Below are positions 1 through 12,558 of a stretch of DNA of 64,000 nucleotides, piece by piece. The stretch lies in NCBI RefSeq assembly GCF_001194135.2, contig NC_068981.1, forward strand, positions 158,468,007 through 158,532,006, in the 5' to 3' direction. This DNA is from Octopus bimaculoides. Taxonomy: Eukaryota. Below the pieces are notes generated by a model that had not been told where the DNA came from, searched no databases, and saw nothing but the letters and a program-made list of their open reading frames with translations. Made by a program: the position numbers and the translations under genes. Numbering within the stretch: the first letter of the stretch is position 1; the number at the start of each line of letters is the position of its first letter.

Positions 1-1256
1 CCTACGCTTTGGCGAGTTTCGGAGAGGTTACATAACCGCAAAGAAAGACAAACAAGCCCTATGTTGTCTTAAGTACTTGACAAAGAAAAATAAAACGTAT
101 TAGTCATCAGCTAATATCATGTTTCTCACATCCTATTAAATATTCAATTTTATAAATTTTCCTCTATTGAATATGCTTTTATCCACCTAATTATTTGTAC
201 GTAACTTAGGAATCGTGGGAACTATATAATTAATAATTTTGTTAAGAACAATGAGTCTTTTCTTCAGTTTCCATAAGCAATAAAATAAAATACTTTCATG
301 TAGTTACTTGATTGGATGTCTGGTAGTTAAGCTAACCGTATAATTTGTACGTCATATAAGTCAGGTAGCCATATGATTGGATGTCAGACAGTTTAACATG
401 TTACATAATTGGATGTCAAACAGCTGAATGACCTAGTTGATTGAACTTAGCGTTTGACGACATAAGTTGGGGTTTAGTAAACATATCAAGCTTTTATTAA
501 TTCAGATCTATACGAACAGTCGATATTTCACCATCTTATATTGCAAATAATGCAGACTGGTAAACAGCAAGACTAGGTCATTTACGTCGTCTAGGTTATT
601 GTTACACTGTTCCAGGATTAAAATCTTATAGTTGACATCTTGCTTCTCAAATGTCAGGCAGCAGTATCATTCCCCTTCCCTTTATTAAAGGAAAATTATC
701 GTGAAATGACAGAATCAAGAACTTAATATCTTATACGAGCAAGTCATTAATGGATTATAGCTTTAATGATTTATAAATGTGACCGGTGAAATCTAGTAAT
801 TCTTCCGATCACGACCAAAGAAAGATTTACATTTCAGACTGCAAACCAATTTTTCATCATTACTGCTGCTTATAACGGTGATTCTTTCCACCATGTGATA
901 TTTATTTACTGTTTGATGGCCTGATCCATTGTGAGTTATGTGTCTTGTCTAAAGAAACACGGTAGAAGAAACTCTCTCGACCACCTGAAGGGTTGTCTGA
1001 TATCTAATTGGCTCAAACTATTTGCTATGCATATCAATAGTAACATCAGAGTGAAGAAGTGTCAATCGTTAACATTTCTTTCTTCTTAACAAAAAAAACG
1101 TTTAAGCCTAACAACCCCAAGTACTTCAGTCTAACAATAAAATACCCTTAAGCATAAAAACAAAAATCCTTTAAGAGTATTAGAGCAAACACGCTTAAGC
1201 TTAATTTTAAAATGGAACTCATTATATGACGATAATGCAATCTTATATTGTTTCAG

Positions 1257-1425
1257 AATGCTCTTAGTGAAAAACCGAAAATCTTAGAACGAGGTTCATT
1301 TACCCAAGCAGCTCCAGTCAAAGAACAAAAGGAACACCGCAGAGTGAGCGATGCTATTGCTAACAACTACAGTCCCAGAGCGAGTCACTTGACCACATCT
1401 TTAATCTATGAAACGACAAAATACG
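1257..1425 (+). CDS. DNAH3: Dynein heavy chain exon 1 (first seen; no in-frame ATG)
   Basis: tttcag|AAT...TACG|gtaag; NALSEK...SFTQAAPVKEQKEHRRVSDAIANNYSP..., resembling the DNAH3 N-terminal WTLAAPFKEQ..HR..SDSIANNYS; phase 0 to 1. Confidence 0.8.
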
Positions 1426-1756
1426 GTAAGAACAAACAGTCAAATGTAATGCTTTGTAGTAGAAAATTTTCTAGAAAAAATATGCAAATATAAACCAGTA
1501 GATATCGGTTTACATTTCAGTTTTGTATTAAACTATCAAATACATTTGATTATAAAAATGTCAAATAAATTTCAGGATGTATTAAAACGTAGAAAGAAAT
1601 TGAAATTTACTTTTGGACAATCAAATTACGTATCTATCCAATTTGTCTGATAGGATAGAAACAATTTAACGATATGTGTATACAATATCACTAACATACA
1701 ATCAGATGTATTATATCATGACACAATATACAAAAAAGTGATACATCGGTATCACA

Positions 1757-1960
1757 CGGTGAGCTGGCAGAAACGATAGCACGCCGAGTGAAATGCTTAG
1801 CGCTATTTTGTCTGTCTTTACGTTCTGAGTTCAAATTCCGCCGAGATCGACTTTGCCTTTCATCCTTCCGCGGTCGATAAATTAAGCACCAGTTGCGTAC
1901 TGGGATCGATTTAATCGGCTGGCCCCCTCCCCCAAAATTTCGGGCCTTTTGGTAGAAAAG
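1757..1960 (+). mobile_element. SINE family A (tRNA-type head, about 200 bp), CpG-intact copy
   Basis: GAGCTGGCAGAAACG...GTTCTGAGTTCAAATTCC (B-box-like)...GACTTTGCCTTTCATCC...GTCGATAAA. Other copies at about 9004-9215, 9220-9432, 13198-13405, 21981-22140, 23359-23571, 25145-25355, 40740-41150 (two), 47860-48045, 51450-51662, 59138-59345 (+) and 35022-35190, 58931-59131, 60975-61130 (-). Confidence 0.85.
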
Positions 1961-2141
1961 TTAAATGACCTAGTTGATTGAACTTAGCGTTTGACGACAT
2001 AAGTTGGGGTTTGTAAACATATCAAGCTTTTATTAATTCAGATCTATACGAACAGTCGATATTTCACCATCTTATATTACGAATAATGCAGACTGGCAGA
2101 CAGCAGTAACATTCTTCTTCCCTTTGTTAGAGTACCACATA

Positions 2142-2280
2142 CAGTAGCACCTCGGTTTTCGAACAACTATGATCACGAATAAATCGTGATTTATCTCCTG
2201 TCTTTCTCATATTCATCCAATAGAGTAGTACCACGGTTTACGAACGCCTCTGTTCACGAATAAATCAAGATACATTTGCT
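2142..2280. mobile_element. Possible pogo/Tigger-type MITE end
   Basis: TA|CAGTAGCACCTCGGTTTTCGAAC TIR-like start; internal repeat of CGGTTT.CGAAC....TCACGAATAAATC; no right TIR found. Confidence 0.35.
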
Positions 2281-2317
2281 CTAATGATCGGTTCTTTCTT
2301 TTTCTCGATATTTTTAG

Positions 2318-2402
2318 GTTTTACTCTTGAAGAAATGCATGTGTTTTGTCCGCGAGCCCAATTTGAGAAAACAGCCATTGTGACAACTGATCAAAAATAT
2401 CC
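2318..2402 (+). CDS. DNAH3: Dynein heavy chain exon 2 (divergent N-terminus)
   Basis: tttttag|GT...TATCC|gtaag; FTLEEMHVFCPRAQFEKTAIVTTDQKY; phase 1 to 2; supported by phase chain, not homology. Confidence 0.65.
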
Positions 2403-2479
2403 GTAAGAACTATTCCTATCTGAAAGAACGGGATAATGGTCAAATCTTGTTTTCAATAACCATCATAATAAGTATTGAT

Positions 2480-2990
2480 TTCATTTGACTAATCTCTATA
2501 TTTTGGGAGAAAGGGGATGTTTCGTTTAATCTGAGGAGGTGAGGAAATGGTCATAAATATGTGGTAGGGAGATGCAGATCCAAGAGCAGAAAAGATTTAA
2601 TGGGTGACACATAGTAAATATACTGAGAAATAGTGAGGTCGATATACAAATCGACATTGATGGGTAACGTTCAGCTTACGGGATCAGAGGAGGAGAAACT
2701 ATTTTAGCAGTGGTAGAAGATAAGGAAGAAGCACCAGCTTATCTGTGGACTGGTGAGTGTATTAGGTTTAATGATGCATTTCTATTAATTTGCTCGATGG
2801 ACTCGCTTTGAAATAAATATTGGTTGTGGTTAGAGGGCGTTTAACTGTAGCTGTTACATCTTCCAAGTCATGAGTAATGTTCTAATGTTGATTTTCCTGT
2901 ACTTTATAGGGGCTAAGCAAGTTCAAGGTAAAGTATATTTTGGTTTTGAAGAAAAACTTTTGCCTTTGAGCTCAGTTTCGTGAAATATTA
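2480..2990 (-). mobile_element. Possible decayed CR1/L2-type LINE 3' fragment
   Basis: Purine-rich plus strand and pyrimidine-rich minus strand with broken LINE-like peptides; no intact motif. Confidence 0.3.
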
Positions 2991-4088
2991 TTTGAAGTGC
3001 AGTCGCCATAAAAGAGTATCATAAATTGTGAATCCAAATATATTTAGCAAAAATCAGCTGTAAGAATTACAACTGTATGATGCAAATGCCTTTGCCAAAA
3101 GTTAAGCGATATATACGAAGGTAAATATGTATTAAACCGATTCACAGGCTACAACGTTTTCTTTATGAAGCTTAAGATAGCTGAATGTATTGAGTTTAGT
3201 ATAAACCTCCTTGTAAGCCAAAACTATTATGACCTTCAGTGAAGACATAAAACGTTACAGTATTTTTAATTTATATGATATCATTGTGTTCAATAATTTC
3301 AAAAATGTTGAAGTTGGTGAAAGTATTTTTAAAAGAAATGAACAATGATGATAGTTCATCATCCAAGAGAATGCCTTGGATAAATAATTGTCCGATCTTC
3401 AGTTAAACCAAACTTTGAGAAAAATTTTTACTTGCTTTGTCCTAAACCTAAGAAATTAACCAAATAGTCAATACTATCTGTACAGTTACTTATCAGAAAT
3501 GTAACGACAAATCTTTGTCTTACAAAATGTTTAACTCCCGCTACATGATAATGTAAGTAGTATTAACGCAGAAGAGAAGGTCAGCGTAACTATGTTGAAT
3601 GTAGGGAACAAATTCGTGCAGAGCTTTGTTGCAGGTGTATTGTATTTTAATAAACAATTTTGTGAAATTTTCGAAAATATCGCTTCCAAGCCAACGGAAT
3701 ATCTTTACCAATTGTTATTTAAAAAATGTTAAGATAAAAATAAATCTTACATTAGTTACCTAGAATCAACTCTTCTTGTTAGTATACATCGAAACCAAAT
3801 ATGATCCTCCACAAATCCAACTTTCATCTATAGTTTAAATTCACTATCTGAAGATTCAATACACTAAAATTATCTTTTGAGTAATTTTGTTCTAAACTTG
3901 CTTTTTTCCGTCTCTCTTTTATATATTCATTTTTGAGCATACTCAATACAGACCTCCTTTGCCACACTGTGTCAACATGTATAAAATGTATCTTGCCATA
4001 TTTGATTTTTAACGATTTCTGCTAGAGGAAAATATTGGAATGTAAACCATTGCATTGTTTTTGGCTATATTTCTGTCATTTTTTCCAG

Positions 4089-4216
4089 GCTTTCAAATAT
4101 AGTCAGAACACCTTCGGAATTGTCACACGAGGGAAAATATTTAACTAAATCTACTCATGTATCAGAATTCCACAGCATTCCATCAACTATCCAAAGTACG
4201 CCACCTGGCAAAGTGG
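4089..4216 (+). CDS. DNAH3: Dynein heavy chain exon 3 (divergent, S/T-rich)
   Basis: ttttccag|G...GTGG|gtaag; LSNIVRTPSELSHEG...STPPGKV; phase 2 to 1. Confidence 0.65.
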
Positions 4217-4258
4217 GTAAGCATTCTGAGGTTTCTAACGTCATGGATGATATAAATA

Positions 4259-4565
4259 CGGAAGTGGGCTGAAAAGTTCACAGGCTAGCTATGATGGAGT
4301 GATCCTAGAGCTTATAAATAACTGCATTGTTTCTTTCCAGGTAAAGTGATATCTGACTGTTCAAAGAAGACCTCAAAAGTAACTAGTAGCAACTTCTCTT
4401 CAAAATGAACAGAATTTGGAATCATAATGTTATGAAGTACCTGCAGAGAAAAGTTTTAGTCCCAAGGACATTCCGACTGACATCGTTACTACATTAGGGA
4501 ACGACGCTCCATCTTTATCAACAGTGCAAAAGTAGGCAACTGAATTTTGGAGGGGAATGGAGAGT
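4259..4565 (+). mobile_element. Mariner 5' fragment (TIR plus N-terminal HTH)
   Basis: TA then CGGAAGTGGGCTGAAAAGTT TIR-like; from ATG 4405 MNRIWNHNVMKYLQRK...TLGNDAPSLSTVQK*ATEF.RG, as in Himar-type transposases. Confidence 0.75.
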
Positions 4566-5140
4566 TGTACTTCTATTCGTCTTCTTCACTCATTCTACCC
4601 TTAAATTCTCCTCGCATTATGATGTGAGCTGCTGGATGCCAATCTCTCCATCCTGAAGACGGGAGCCAGCTTTGCGTTAATGTTTATATGTATCTACTGT
4701 TAGATGCATATTCTTGTAAATTTCTCCTGTTATATATAAATATCTATATGCATATGCACTAATGTTCATTTTCTGAATATTGTAAGTTCTCTCTCTCTCT
4801 CTCTCTNNNNNNNNNNTATAATGAGTAAAATTAATTAGTGTAAGCAATAATATGAAAAACGATAGTCGATACACAGTAGGATGGAATGTCGGAGTCGTAA
4901 TCAGTGTGTAAGGATTGGTTCTTCGTTGATATATATATATATATATACTACATATGTGGAAAATCAGTGTATGTTTGTTTGTGGCGTTGTTAGCTAACTC
5001 CTCCTACATCGTTTTATTAATTTTGAGGAAACTTGACACGTGAGTAGAACTCATGTCTGGAAACCTCGTGACATACTTAGATTGTTGAAAAAAAATCGAT
5101 AGTAGGTATAAAGGTCCCTGGAAGGGACCTTTATATTTCC

Positions 5141-5194
5141 AGATTTCCAGACATGTGTTCTACTCACGTGAGTAGAACACATGTCTGGAAATCT
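5141..5194. repeat. Perfect 54-bp spacerless palindrome
   Basis: AGATTTCCAGACATGTGTTCTACTCAC|GTGAGTAGAACACATGTCTGGAAATCT. Confidence 0.97.
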
Positions 5195-5921
5195 CGTGAC
5201 ATACTTAGATTGTTGAAAAAATTGATAATAGGGCCCTTCCAATGGATCCTTCTATCTACTACATATTACTAATATTTTATTTAAACAACCCAAGGGAAAT
5301 AACCTATACCACCTGCAGATTTTAGTGAAGCGATCAATGTTTGATTCTCACGGTCAGCCGACCTAATTCTGCATTTCACTACTCACAATTTTGAACTGCA
5401 AAACATTATTATTGCACTTCTTTAATTTGAATCTTAAACATTAAAGACTTCATTCATACATTTCTATACATACTTTTTTGAATGCCCATTACTCCGATAA
5501 TTCTACATTTTTACAGTTACACTTTTTCCATGACAGTTGATAAATTTTTTATTCTACAACGTGTTTGTAGTGGCCTCATGCTAGCATAGCTTGGATTCGA
5601 TCCTCGATTGCCAAATTTCACTTAACACTTCAACAGCGTTTTTCTCACGGTAAAACAATAGTTTTTCTGTGAATGACAGCAATTATACATTTCCCAGATG
5701 CCTTCGCTAAGCAGAATAATGTCTTTGCCTCTCGCCAACCTCCGACAACCTCTCTCACCAACCTCCGACAATTTCTCCCTTCTCCAGCTGACAGTTTTTT
5801 GTACTTTTTCGTGACGGAAAATGCACCTTTTGTGGCAGTTATAACGAAATTGCTTTCTACCCCTGAGAATTACCAGGTACACCAGCTAGTGTATATATNN
5901 NNNNNNNNNNNNNNNNNNNNN

Positions 5922-5959
<38 letters not shown>

Positions 5960-6942
5960 GTGTGTATGAATACTTAACAATAGAAATTCAGAAAGACTCT
6001 GTAGAGCCTCATAACAACTTAGAAATAATTTAAACATCATAATATCAAGATAGAATATGCAGTCTGATGATCGAAAGATTGAAGGCTTAAGTTAATGTGA
6101 ATGAGACTAAAGCAGTTTTTCTGTCAGGGATGCAATCCAAAAGTAATAGCAGAATAGGTTGAACTTAGGTTGATAGGCAAGCAGCCTAAACTCAGTCGAT
6201 TCTGATACTTGACCACTTACTAACAATATACTAACCACAGCCGTCAGTCGGCAACGGATATGACTTGATAGCATGTATCATGCTTTCTTTATTTGTTGCT
6301 TGTATAGTTGCGAGAAGCCATAGGCACTGTCTCGCCTCTCCCACTTTTGATCCAACGGAACATCGAGGATATGACAATTGGACAGTGAGAGAGATGGGGG
6401 AGAAGGGGCAGGTTGCACCAGCAACTTGAAATGAAATACCATGCTCAAGAACACAACAAGCCTGAGACCTAATGATCGTGGGCCCAAATGCTAACCACTA
6501 AACCATATGCCTTCACAACTAAGTACTGTATATAGACTTATTTATAATGACTGTGCATTCTTGATGCTACAATTGACAGGAATTAGAAGCTAGTTGTCGC
6601 CTTCAGATCACACTCTATCGAACTTTAAAAAAAGATAATATATTCGTGGATACATCATGAGTAAGTAAAAGACGGGATAGTCACAGTTTGAACGCCTTCG
6701 ATCAGAGCTGATCTGACACTAAAGAATATCAGTAACAACGAAATGTTTGTGAGTGCTTAGTCTTTCCTCCAACGTCTTGATTTTAAATTCTGGTGGAAAT
6801 CACTTTGCATTACAGCCCACTTTTGCCAATAAAATAACTAACTAGTTCCGTAATGACAGATATTAGTCAATTATAGCCTTCCTCGTAAATGTATCTTCTA
6901 GAGACCAGAAGAGAAATCATGAATTTTCATTTCATATTTTAG

Positions 6943-7090
6943 AATCATCAGTAAACAGTAGTCACTCAGTTCAGAAAAGAGAATATAGTGAATTCGAAAA
7001 ACGAATATTAGATGTTCAATTTTACTCCAAAAATTATTTGAGCGAGGGCTTGCCTCGGTCTGGCACACCTATCGGGACAGATCTGACCAG
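6943..7090 (+). CDS. DNAH3: Dynein heavy chain exon 4
   Basis: catattttag|AA...ACCAG|gtaagt; SSVNSSHSVQKREYSEFEKRIL...GTDLT; phase 1 to 2; joins exon 5 to give DLTRYY, like DLERYY in DNAH3. Confidence 0.72.
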
Positions 7091-7387
7091 GTAAGTAAAA
7101 GCTCAGCGAGTTAAGCGGTGAAACTATCTTTTGATAAATTTTAGCATACCTCGGAATATTATAAACATTTCTTTACAAAGTGATTTTTGCGCAGGAGAAG
7201 AATAAATTATTGAGTTGCCGACAAGAAATAAATAGTGGTGTGTGAAAGACTCACCAAGTCAATATACTAAAGTGTATACTTCGCAATAGAGAAAACAAAG
7301 CAAAAAATACAAATCCAGAATTGTCTCCAGGAGTTTGGGGGGAAAAAAGAGAATATAATAGATGATGAAATAAACGGCTATGAATTT

Positions 7388-8360
7388 GTTTCTTTATTGC
7401 CCACAAGGAGCCAACATAAAGAGGACAGCACAGACTGATTGGGGTCAGACACACAAATAATAATAAAAATTTATAAACGTTTACAATAAAATCGGATGAA
7501 TTGCAGTCGTATGAAATACAATACAAAAGACAACATTACACATGCACAATGAGATAGAAAAACAGGTTACGCTTCGACCCCACGAGCCCTGTTCTGCTAC
7601 CGGTACTTTTTTGTTCAGCCTTATGGCACGTTCACGAGGAGTCTTTCACACCCAGCATCCTCGCTACACGCATCCACCTGTCTTTAAACATCCTCTCCGA
7701 CAGGCATCTTCTCTCAAGCCTCACTTCCTTTTTCGGGTGAAAGGTGAAGAATCTCACCAACCCGAGACCGGAGATAAAGTTGCCTGTCGCCATTCCTTTC
7801 ATTCTCGTCTTCCATATCGCCTCTTTCGCAATTGTTACTACTACGAGAAAGCAATTCTTACTTTCTTTCGTGGGGAAATCCGGCGGGTCAATTTTTAAAA
7901 TTGACTCAGACGACAGCTGTACTCTTCTTAAATCCGACAACAGGTGTTCCGCATAAGTCCACACTTCCGGATACTGAACAACAGCGTGCAGGACGGTTTC
8001 CCTATGCTGCTCGCATCTTGGACAGGCCGATGGACCAGGCTGGCCGTGTCTGGTGAGCTTGTCCCGAACGAGTAAGGCTCCTCGGTAACATTACCAGGCC
8101 AGATATTTTTGAAAGTTATCCAAAGTCCCCGGCCCGAATGTCCTTTGGAACAGACTGTCTAACTGCTTATCATCAAGCCTCTGCCAACCTGCTATAGAAA
8201 GATGCGGTGGTACCAAAACCGCTGGCACTACCCGAGCGACGGAACAGTAGGAGGGCCTTTCGACACTCCGCAAAGTATGTACCCAACCTAGATCTTCGAC
8301 GAAACCAGCTTTCTCGTCCACCGAAACTAGTGAACCTAGGAAACATCCTTTTCGCAAGCG
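7388..8360 (-). mobile_element. 5'-truncated Tx1/L1-clade LINE 3' end with 18-bp TSD
   Basis: TSD ATAAACGGCTATGAATTT at 7370-7387 and 8361-8378; minus strand encodes CPRCEQHRETVLHAVVQ (zf-RVT-like) then WTYAEHLLS...AKEAIWKTR...RW. Confidence 0.85.
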
Positions 8361-10594
8361 ATAAACGGCTATGAATTTCGATTAAAAAATGAAGTTGAAT
8401 TATATTAGAACTCTACAAGCATGAATCAACTACAGAAAAAAATGTGCACGGAGCTGTCCATTTCATCTTAGGCTAAAGAGAGATCTTTTCATATTTCATT
8501 TATCATTGAATGTTATTATGATTGAAACAACTCCCGGAATACTCAACTGTAGCAATAGATGATAAAGTGAACCATTGACAATTTCGATTATAAAATAAAC
8601 CTTGAAATAAATACTCTGCAAAGCCTAGTCTCAGACAAAAAATATTCACGCATTCAAACAATGAATTAATTGTAATCCCTGACGATCGAGTTATCCATTA
8701 CACCAAAGTAACTCAGAATGTTTTTCTTACTTAAATTAGTACCTATAAATTGCTGTTACACAAGCTACTCCTTTATTTCGCCTTTTACACGAGAATCTTT
8801 AATATTTTCATAGTCTGTAAATAAGGCTATTTGGTGATCATTTCACGCTCTTTTTTATATTTATCATTGAACATAATTTTCCCCACTGAAATTCCCATGA
8901 TATTATGGCTGAAGCAATCCCATCATACCAGTAACAGATAATTAAGCAAGCAGGTTAAGATTTTCGAAATAAAACAAAGCCTCAATTAAATCAGACGTTT
9001 AATGCGGTGAGTTGGTAGCATCTTTAGCGCGTCGAACAAATGCTTAGCCGTACTTCTTCCGGTTCTTTACGTACTGAGCTTATACGCTGCCAGGATCAAC
9101 TTTACATTTCATCCTTTCAGGTCGAAAAAGTAAAGTACCAGTTAAGTACTGAGGTCGAAGTTATCGACTGACCTTCTGCCCCTAAAATTGTTGGCATTGT
9201 GCCAAAGTTTGAAACAGTAGGTATCGAGCTGCTAGAATTATCAATGCGTCAAATAAATATGTTTTGCGGTATTTCTTTTAATTTGTTATATTCTGAGTTC
9301 GAGTCCCACCGAGATTCACTTTGTCTTTTCAATCTTTCAGAGTCGATAAACATGATCTAGTCGAGTGCTACGGTCGATATAATCTGCTAATACCACTTCC
9401 TATAAAATTGCTGACTGTGCCAAAATTTGAAAAGAAAAATTAAGTTGGACATTCAATAGACATGAATCCAAGACAGAAAAAATGTGCTCCAAAATTAATT
9501 TTATTACAGATAATCGTTTACTTTGTCACTTATTACTTGCATTGAAGGGGTTTGTTTCAAATAGCATGGAAATTTCAGTTGTGAAAATGATGTTATATGA
9601 TAAATAAAGTAATGAAACATAAGATTATCACTTCATAGATTATGATTAAACGTTACGCAACTATCGAGGATGAAACTCCACAGGGTCGTCCAATGTCGAA
9701 AGGTTATGACGTCAGGGTTTGTTTTGATTCTTCGGGTGTCAGCGGACACCAACACATCACAGGAAATTGAGCAGATGGTTCAAAAACACGGGAGGTTGGT
9801 CAAATAAAGTAATGACTCCAGAAAGTTGTTCCAGGGGTATGCGATTAACATAAAAAAAAGATTCGACTTTTATCGCACAAGTAAACTAAAGATTTTTGAA
9901 AAAAAATTGTTGTAAAAGCATCAATTTTGAAAAATGTACTCAGTGGGTTCCGTCACTTCCCATGCTCCCCTATTAGCTTCGTCACTGGCAGCCATGTCAG
10001 AGGACTGCTCATGGGAAACCGTTTTGAGGATAAAACGATAAGTTGTACTCAGTTTCAACATTAGTTACTGCGATAAAATAGAAAGTATTTTTTCGTATAC
10101 GTTGCACCAAAGGTAGAAAAGCTAACGACTCTATTTTTGCACAAACAGAGAATTGTCTTTCAATCCATTTACGTTCAACATTTTGTAAGAAACTGATTTT
10201 TATATTCCAAAGTTAAGAAACAAGAAATTGATCCCTGGAAAGCACATCTCTTGATCAAAATATGTGTTGAAATATATTGGAATACAGCATTGAATTATGT
10301 ATCTTTTACCACTACGATCTTTTCACTCTTATTTCAGAATATTTTACAATCATAACTCCGTATTGTTTTGGTTCATTACTAAACAAAACGTCGTTTTCTT
10401 TCCTTTCCGTGATAGTTGCTCACTATAACTTACTTTCCCTTGCCTACAATCTCCGAATGCCCCATCACCATATACATAATATTAGTTTGACCAGAACTCT
10501 GTATTGGTTTCATTCATAAGTTATTAACCTTGTCCACTAGGACTCAGAGTATACTATTAACTGATCATAATTTTTTATTATTTCCGTTTGTTAG

Positions 10595-10736
10595 GTATTA
10601 CAATCTCATGGCGAAGGCAATTGACTCAGATTTTATCACTCCACTCACCAGAGAGTTTCTCGAACATACACAGCATTTTAGTAGTAACGACACACTTTTG
10701 ACGGCTTTTCCAAAACTAACCAATCAACTCCTAAAG
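10595..10736 (+). CDS. DNAH3: Dynein heavy chain exon 5
   Basis: gttag|G...CTAAAG|gtaaaa; YYNLMAKAIDSDFITPL...NQLLK; phase 2 to 0. Confidence 0.85.
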
Positions 10737-11469
10737 GTAAAAGTGTCATACGGTTAATCAGATTTCATATATTTTCATATCTTAATAATTATTGCATTCA
10801 ATGTTGTTGTTTTTTTCACCCTATATAACTTCATCTAGAGACTGCATTTTGTATAATATGTATGTTTCTATATTAAATTTCTATGATATTAAAACAGATA
10901 AATGATTTTTATATCAATGATAGCAATGATCCTCTTTGATAAATTCTTTACCATGTTTCTCAATATTCATAACGTTTCTTTTATTTTTTTTATTTTTTCG
11001 GCCCGGTGCTCTTTTGAGGTTCCATATTAAACAATATATATAATTAATATAAATTTGAACCAATATGTTCTGTATATAAAACTGCATAATATAGGTATAG
11101 CACCATGTACATTAGCAATACAATACATAAAAAGATCTTACATGGGAATCTTTCATATAACAATGTATAACATATTTGTACGTCTGTATAGCAAATTATG
11201 TATGTGTGTATATATCTGTATGTTTGTATGTGCGTGTGTGTATGTACGTATGTATGTATGCATGTATGCATGTTTGTATTTATGTATCATGTATGTATGT
11301 ACGTATCTACTCTCTTCCATTCAATCCGGTTCCCCACTTGCATTCACACAGGCCAAGAGCAGAAACAGCTCTGAATGCTTCGAACAAATATGCCCATCAA
11401 ATATGACAATGTCCCTTCTATTACACACAAAACATTTCACTCAGAACTTGCCCGTGTATTCGCCAAGTT

Positions 11470-11600
11470 CTTTAATCTCTCACAGGTGTAGAGCCGACCA
11501 GGTCTCCCATCGCTCTCCATCGCCGGCGGTCCCGTGCCAACCCTTCTGCATTCTTCAAGGTGACGTTGAGCCTTTGAAGATTTTCTTTAATCACATCTAG
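11470..11600 (-). mobile_element. RTE-clade LINE 3' fragment
   Basis: Minus strand reads RWLDVIKENLQRLNVTLKNAEGLARDRRRWR, the RTE C-terminal RW.D.I..DL...A.DR..WR pattern. Confidence 0.7.
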
Positions 11601-11646
11601 CCATCTACAAATTTACTGTATTTATGTATTTTTACACTTATTCTAG

Positions 11647-11751
11647 GAGATTGACGAAGATTACATTGAAGCAATCAAGAAAGCCATTCTAGATTACATA
11701 CTTCTGGACCCATCAGAGCAAGTTCGGTTAGGTGTTTATATACAGCCTCAG
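11647..11751 (+). CDS. DNAH3: Dynein heavy chain exon 6
   Basis: ttctag|GAG...CAG|gtaaac; EIDEDYIEAIKKAILDYILLDPSEQVRLG, matching the family K.IVDYIL.DP.E..RL motif. Confidence 0.9.
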
Positions 11752-12142
11752 GTAAACTTTTATAATCTAATATAACCATCCTCACAGACCACAAGACCAC
11801 CAAACTGAATCTCCGTAAAGCATAAAAACTGTCCACGATATCAAATTTTCTTGTATACATTCCATGTAATTTTGGTCATAGTGTAACGTTAAGGATATGT
11901 ATAAGTGATGTGAATTTATAGATGTTTTGTGTTCAAACTCTTTATAAATGTATAGTTAACTGCAATACATTTATGTATATATTTATCTATCCATCTATCT
12001 ATCTATCTGTCTGTCTGTCTGTCTGTCTGTCTGTTGTCTGTTTATCTGTCTGTCTGTCTGTCTAATTATTTATCATTCTATAAACCTGTCAACCTCTCAA
12101 CTTACTTATCTCTGTCTCTATTTTTTAAATCTATTTATTTAC

Positions 12143-12177
<35 letters not shown>

Positions 12178-12427
12178 CCTTTCCTTCCACCTCACTCTCC
12201 TTTCCCCCTCTCTCTCCACCTCACTCTCTCTCTTTCTCTCTTGTTATTTCTCATTATAAGTATATTTAGGTATGGTTGGTTTCTCAGATTAGTTCTCTGA
12301 TGTTTATTCTGCGTATCTACGTCATACATTAAATGTTATTCTTTCAAAAGAAGTTAAAATTTGCAAATTGTTTTATAACAAATGTTTAATGAAACTTTTT
12401 TTCTCTGTCTTTCACAATAACAACAAG

Positions 12428-12558
12428 GTTATGAGTTGTATGAAACATGAACGTTTTCCTTGGCATAATTCAGTCACTGAAGCACGAAACTTTCTGAAGT
12501 ATAATCTGTTTATAACTCATCCTGTCAACACAGCCATCTTGTACACCTTTCAGCATAA
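12428..12558 (+). CDS. DNAH3: Dynein heavy chain exon 7
   Basis: caacaag|GTT...CATAA|gtaagt; ...FPWHNSVTEARNFLKYNLFITHPV..., matching the family PWH motif; phase 0 to 2. Confidence 0.85.

Noticed and set aside
550-561. ATGCAGACTG|gtaaac as the initiating exon
   Set aside because: It ends in phase 1 while the exon at 1257 needs phase 0, and it lies in a duplicated segment.
9935-10053. 10-bp direct repeat TGTACTCAGT as a TSD around about 100 bp
   Set aside because: No TIR, tail or second copy supports an insertion.
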